NCBI GenBank assembly: GCA_965660445.1
Contig: CBFIAK010000001.1
Span: forward strand, 320,001 to 384,000
Direction: 5' to 3'
Source of the DNA: Patescibacteria group bacterium
GTDB lineage: Bacteria; Patescibacteriota; Gracilibacteria; UBA4473
Length of the DNA stretch: 64,000 nt
Positions 59,493 to 64,000 of the stretch are shown here, piece by piece (the stretch's first letter is position 1; the number at the start of each line of letters is the position of its first letter). The translations under genes and the position numbers were made by a program. The notes beneath the pieces are model-generated. The model was not told where the DNA came from. It searched no databases and worked only from the letters and a program-made list of their open reading frames with translations.

Positions 59493-61475
59493 ATGAGAAT
59501 ACATAAAATCAACGTCATCAATTACAGGTTGTTAAAAGATTTTTCTATCGATTTGGCAGAAGATTTCTCTTTGGTAATTGGGAAAAATAACACGGGGAAA
59601 ACATCATTTCTCCAAATTTTACAAAAATTTCTATCTGCAAACTCAAATAATTTTAGTTTTGAGGATTTTCATGTTGATATTCAAAAGGATATTTCCCAAA
59701 AAATAGAAGCTACAGATGAATTAGCAGAAGAAAACTATGAGGAGCCCAAAATAAAATTACTGATTGCTATTGAAAGAGATGACAATGATAGTCTTGAGAA
59801 TATCTCTGATTTGATTATTGACCTAGATCCAAACAACAAAACCTTGCTTTTATCTTTTGAGTACGCTCTTAATTTTGAAAACTTTATAAAAATTAGAAGT
59901 GATTTTAAGGATCATCACTTGGAAAGAGTTGCTGATTTTTTGAGTAAACATCATAAAGCTTATTTCAAAATTAAAAAAAGTGTTATTGATAAAAATGATG
60001 AAGATAATTTCATAGAAATTGAGGACTCTAAGCTCAAGAGAATTATAAATATTCAGACAATCTCTGCTAAACGAGATGTTTTAAATGAAGATGGTGAGGA
60101 TTCCAAATCTAACAATGCCTTATCAAAATTATCGTATAAATACTATGAGCCATCCAAAAATTCTAATGCTCCTCATGTAATTGATCTACAAAAAAAATTA
60201 ATTGAAACAGATAATAACTTAACTCAGTCCTATGAGGGTATTTTTAAGAAAGTAACAGAAGACGTAAAAAAATTCAGTTATAGCGGATCAAAAATTTTCG
60301 TTAAATCAAATTTCCAAGAAATAAGCCTTTTAAAAGAAAACACTTCTGTCGTTTATGACGAAAAGGGATGCCACTTACCTGAGGATCATAACGGTTTGGG
60401 ATATATGAATCTGTTTGCAATGATTTTCAAATTGCACATTATTTTTGATGAGTTCAAAAAGGTTCATTCTGACTCTAAAATGGCAGATATAAACTTACTT
60501 TTCATTGAAGAACCTGAAGCGCATACTCATCCACAAATGCAGTATGTCTTTATTAAGAATATTAAAAACTTCTTAAGTGAAAATAAAGAAAGTTTGAATT
60601 TGCAAACAGTAATCACAACTCATTCTGCACATATTGGATCTCAGAGTGATTTCAGTGATATAAAATATTTTCTTTGTAGAGATGATCGGGTTGTTGTAAA
60701 AAATCTATCCATCTTGGAGGATAAATACGGAAAAGACGATGAAGGTAAGGCAAGTTTTAAATTCCTAAAACAATATCTAACCTTGCATAGGGCGGAACTC
60801 TTCTTCTCTGACAAAATTATTTTTATTGAGGGTGATACGGAAAGGATTTTGTTGCCAGCTATGATGAAAAAGCTTGATGACGAAAATAAAGAGACGGAAG
60901 GTTTTAGCCCATTATTATCTCAAAAAATATCGATTATTGAGGTTGGTGCGCACTCCAAATTATTTGATAAATTCCTTGAGTTTTTGGAAATTAAAACCTT
61001 AATTATTACAGATTTAGATTCTGTAAAAGATAATGGTGCAGGTAGAAAAGAATCGTGCAAAGTCTCAGAAGGAACAGATACTTGTAATTCTTCCATTAAG
61101 CATTATTTGCAAGGAAAAAACTGGGATGATTTAAAAAGTATTACGAATGAGCAAAGAGTTGTGACTAGAGAAAATACAGAAATATACATAGCTTATCAGT
61201 CAGAGGAAGAAAGTTATCAGGCAAGATCTTTTGAAGATGCTTTTTTGAGCCTTAATCTTGAGTTTATCAAATCAAAAAAGGATGATTTTAATAGCTTGAA
61301 AAATATAAATATCATAGATTCAACTACACCTGATTATTTCGAGATTGGAGAAAAATGCATTGATAAAAAGACGGAATTTTCAACGGATATTTTATTTTAT
61401 TCTGATGAAGGATTTACGAATTGGAAAACACCTGCATATATTAATAATGGATTACTATGGCTGATGAAAAAATAA
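59493..61475 (+). CDS. gajA: OLD-family ABC ATPase-TOPRIM nuclease (GajA-like)
   Basis: GKNNTGKT, LLFIEEPEAH, TTHS, IFIEGDTE, TDLD. Confidence 0.85.
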   Translation: MRIHKINVINYRLLKDFSIDLAEDFSLVIGKNNTGKTSFLQILQKFLSANSNNFSFEDFHVDIQKDISQKIEATDELAEENYEEPKIKLLIAIERDDNDSLENISDLIIDLDPNNKTLLLSFEYALNFENFIKIRSDFKDHHLERVADFLSKHHKAYFKIKKSVIDKNDEDNFIEIEDSKLKRIINIQTISAKRDVLNEDGEDSKSNNALSKLSYKYYEPSKNSNAPHVIDLQKKLIETDNNLTQSYEGIFKKVTEDVKKFSYSGSKIFVKSNFQEISLLKENTSVVYDEKGCHLPEDHNGLGYMNLFAMIFKLHIIFDEFKKVHSDSKMADINLLFIEEPEAHTHPQMQYVFIKNIKNFLSENKESLNLQTVITTHSAHIGSQSDFSDIKYFLCRDDRVVVKNLSILEDKYGKDDEGKASFKFLKQYLTLHRAELFFSDKIIFIEGDTERILLPAMMKKLDDENKETEGFSPLLSQKISIIEVGAHSKLFDKFLEFLEIKTLIITDLDSVKDNGAGRKESCKVSEGTDTCNSSIKHYLQGKNWDDLKSITNEQRVVTRENTEIYIAYQSEEESYQARSFEDAFLSLNLEFIKSKKDDFNSLKNINIIDSTTPDYFEIGEKCIDKKTEFSTDILFYSDEGFTNWKTPAYINNGLLWLMKK

Positions 61476-63052
61476 AACCTATCGAGCAAATAGAACAATG
61501 CATTAAGGCAAAAGATAATTTTGTTTTAAATGGAGGCGCAGGAAGTGGAAAAACAAAAACGCTTATTGATGTTTTGGATTTATTATATTCAATTGATTCT
61601 GCTTGTAAGATTGCGTGTATCACTTTTACAAATGTAGCTGCAGATGAAATTTCGAATAGGGTTGCTAATAAGAATATTCAACTCAGAGCTTCAACGATCC
61701 ATGACTTTCTTTGGGATATCGTTAAAAATTATCAAAAAAATCTAAAAATAGCTCTTATTGAGCTGATTGATTCTGGAAAAATTTCATATAAAGGGGAAGA
61801 AACCTTAAATAATGATTGGTTCAAAGGAAAAACCATTGATTATCGTGAATGGAAAAAAATTGAAGATGGAATAATTTCACATAATGAGGTTTTGCAATTG
61901 GCAAATAAGCTTTTTCAAGAATTTCCGCTTTTGAGAAAGATCTTAAAAGACAAATACGATGTAGTTTTGATTGATGAATATCAGGATACAGAAAAACAAA
62001 TTATTGAAATTTTCCTCAATTTTTTACAGGAAGATAAAGGAGATTTTATCGTTGGTTTTTTTGGGGATTCAATGCAAGCAATTTATAACAAGGGTATCGG
62101 TGATTTATCGGAGTATGTAAATGCTGGCATAGTCAAAGAGGTGCAGAAAGAAGATAATTGGAGATGTTCAAAAAGCGTGATTGATTTAATTAATAAAATT
62201 CGAAATGACGGACTTGAGCAAAAATCTGCAGGAGATAATGTAAATGGGAAAATAACCTTTTTATACAGCAATACAAATGAGTTCGATATTCAGGAAATTA
62301 AAAAGCATGACGCTTTTAGTGATTTTGATTTTGAAAACGTTGCTGAAAACAAGGAGCTTTACTTGACTCATAAACTAATTGCCACTCAATTTGGTTTTAA
62401 GAATCTTTTAGAAAAATATGAATATACGGAGAATTTAATGGGTGATAATCCTGATCGGTTATCAAAACATTTGTTTAGAATACAAGAGATTATTCATCTT
62501 TATCAAAATAGACACTTTAATGAATTCATCAAAAAAACCGATTACAAGGTTATTAAAAATAGCGATCTCCAATTACTGAAAGACAGTATTGAACAACTTG
62601 TTGATTGTTCCAAGAAGACAATTGAAGAATCTATAAATTTAGCTGACGAACTTAAGCTTGTAATAAAAGATGATAGATTGAACAATTTTATCGTCGAACA
62701 TGAAGAACAATACAATGCAATTAAAGATCTGTCATATGGCGAGATAGTGAATGTTTTTAATTATAAAAATGAGCACTCTCCATATTCAACACAACACGGC
62801 GTAAAAGGAGCGGAATTCGATAATGTTTTTGTCATTCTAGATAATGGAAAGTGGAATCAATACAATTTTACTCATTTATTCAAATTAACTTCAGGAAAAG
62901 AAGATATTATAGAAAGAACAAGAAAAATGTTTTATGTTTCATGCTCTAGGGCAAAAAAGAACCTTGTGGTATTTTTTCCAAATCCTGATGTCCATGTTTT
63001 GGATCAAGCTCGAATATGGTTTGGCACCAAAAATGTTGTTGAAATAGAATAA
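61457..63052 (+). CDS. gajB: UvrD-like helicase (GajB-like)
   Basis: GGAGSGKT, ITFTN, DEYQD, GD.MQ.IY, HGVKGAEF, YV..SRA; overlaps the OLD gene. Confidence 0.85.
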   Translation: MADEKIKPIEQIEQCIKAKDNFVLNGGAGSGKTKTLIDVLDLLYSIDSACKIACITFTNVAADEISNRVANKNIQLRASTIHDFLWDIVKNYQKNLKIALIELIDSGKISYKGEETLNNDWFKGKTIDYREWKKIEDGIISHNEVLQLANKLFQEFPLLRKILKDKYDVVLIDEYQDTEKQIIEIFLNFLQEDKGDFIVGFFGDSMQAIYNKGIGDLSEYVNAGIVKEVQKEDNWRCSKSVIDLINKIRNDGLEQKSAGDNVNGKITFLYSNTNEFDIQEIKKHDAFSDFDFENVAENKELYLTHKLIATQFGFKNLLEKYEYTENLMGDNPDRLSKHLFRIQEIIHLYQNRHFNEFIKKTDYKVIKNSDLQLLKDSIEQLVDCSKKTIEESINLADELKLVIKDDRLNNFIVEHEEQYNAIKDLSYGEIVNVFNYKNEHSPYSTQHGVKGAEFDNVFVILDNGKWNQYNFTHLFKLTSGKEDIIERTRKMFYVSCSRAKKNLVVFFPNPDVHVLDQARIWFGTKNVVEIE

Positions 63053-63243
63053 TTGTTTGATTTTGGCATAGGTTGTGATACCATTTTGGTACGGAATTTC
63101 TAATTTTTAGTAGTTGCGCAGAGTCTTAAAGACTAACTCGTTTCCGCTTAGCGGAGGCAAGGAGAGTTGGTATTTTTGCGTTTAAATTTACGCAACTTCT
63201 CTCACTTCTCACACGGAGCCCCCCCCATTATTAAGCCAAAATT

Positions 63244-63595
63244 ATGCAAGGAAAAAAGACTACATCTCGGGATAAGAAACGCTTTCTTGATGCCTTCAAG
63301 CGAAGACATGGAATTGTCACACTTGCTTGCAACGACGCAGGTATCTCAAATTTTACTTTTTATAAGTGGATGAGAGATGATCCTGAATTCGCAGAACAAG
63401 CCGAAGAAGTCCGCGACATTGAGATCGGGATCATTGCCGAAGACCGTCTTGCCGAAGCCGATCATCGTGCATAAAGACATGGCGATGGTTCGGTTTTACC
63501 TGCAATCACGAAATCGCAAATATATGCAAAAAATTCAAACAGAAATCCATGATCCAACCAAAGAGCTGGCGGATCTGCTCTGTTTGGATGAGTAG
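63244..63595 (+). pseudogene. Frameshifted HTH protein resembling a phage terminase small subunit
   Basis: AC..AGIS..TFY.W...DPEF...AEDRLAEA continues in another frame as IIVHKDMAMVRFYLQSR; extra base near 63460. Confidence 0.6.
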
Positions 63596-63609
63596 AAATT
63601 AACCAACCA

Positions 63610-64000
63610 ATGAAATATAAAGATGTAATCACAAACGAGGCACACGTTCGCCCACAGGCGCGAATGAATCCCTTTGACCTAGTTGTTAGCCAATACTGGG
63701 GCAAGCCAAGCACACAGGCCGTATTTCGGGCTTTATTTCAAAAGGTGAAGCAACTTCCCTTTGATACTTTGTACATTACTTGGAATAATGCCGACTTTCG
63801 CAGATCTTTCTTGCAATCTGGTGTTGATTTGGAGTATGTCTTTTTTGAGCTTTGCAATCTTTCGGAAGAAGCTTGTTTGGATGAGGAAGAATCTCGCTTT
63901 GTAATTCACGATACTGGATTTTTGTGGAAAAATAATCCGAATGGTTCGCTTACCTTTTTCATTTCTGATCGCGAAAAAATGGAGGACTTTTTGGAAAGCA
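63610..64000 (+). CDS. Hypothetical protein, partial
   Basis: ATG 63610, MKYKDVITNEAHVRPQ..., open to the window end. Confidence 0.65.
   Translation, partial: MKYKDVITNEAHVRPQARMNPFDLVVSQYWGKPSTQAVFRALFQKVKQLPFDTLYITWNNADFRRSFLQSGVDLEYVFFELCNLSEEACLDEEESRFVIHDTGFLWKNNPNGSLTFFISDREKMEDFLES

Larger units (their letters stand above)
49305..64000 (+). mobile_element. Integrated defence-carrying element, left part (extends beyond window)
   Basis: Abrupt switch to R-M/Fic/Gabija/phage-like genes, all on + strand; more C-ending codons in hsdM/hsdR; att-like TGGCTCC at 49305. Confidence 0.7.

Noticed and set aside
1-64000. TGA-to-Gly recoding (code 25) as in some Gracilibacteria/Absconditabacteria
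   Set aside because: Conserved genes are full length in code 11 and TGA ends genes in ATGA overlaps (4056-4059, 21818-21821, 24006-24009)

Overview
AT-rich bacterial chromosome window using the standard code (TGA acts as stop, e.g. ATGA overlaps at 4056-4059 and 24006-24009). Compact housekeeping genes, mostly SD-less T-rich starts, a type IV pilus set, tandem VirB2/TrbC-like pilins and an ADP-forming acetate-CoA ligase suggest a Patescibacteria (CPR) genome; this is inference. Positions 1-49.2 kb are core genome: uvrC, asnS, cysS, pth, rny, mutS, greA, rpiB, rpmB, rplU, rpmA, tRNA-Ile2, pilB/N/O/C with minor pilins, pgpA/pgsA/CarS-like lipid genes, and several orphan genes. From about 49.3 kb an integrated element begins. 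It carries an XRE regulator, a type I R-M system (hsdM, hsdS, hsdR, YgjP-like metalloprotein) interrupted by an unknown two-gene module and a Fic gene, a Gabija-type OLD nuclease/UvrD pair, and a frameshifted terminase-small-subunit-like gene. The most notable unexplained signals are the basic-repeat/HEPN-like gene pair inside the R-M operon, a duplicated structured repeat region upstream of tRNA-Ile2, a shared promoter/hairpin/boxA-like/SD leader on three orphan genes, a ~300-nt base-paired rny leader, an in-frame K-rich tail behind the rplU stop codon, and three coiled-coil/pilin fusion proteins. All protein calls come from motif recognition, not database searches.
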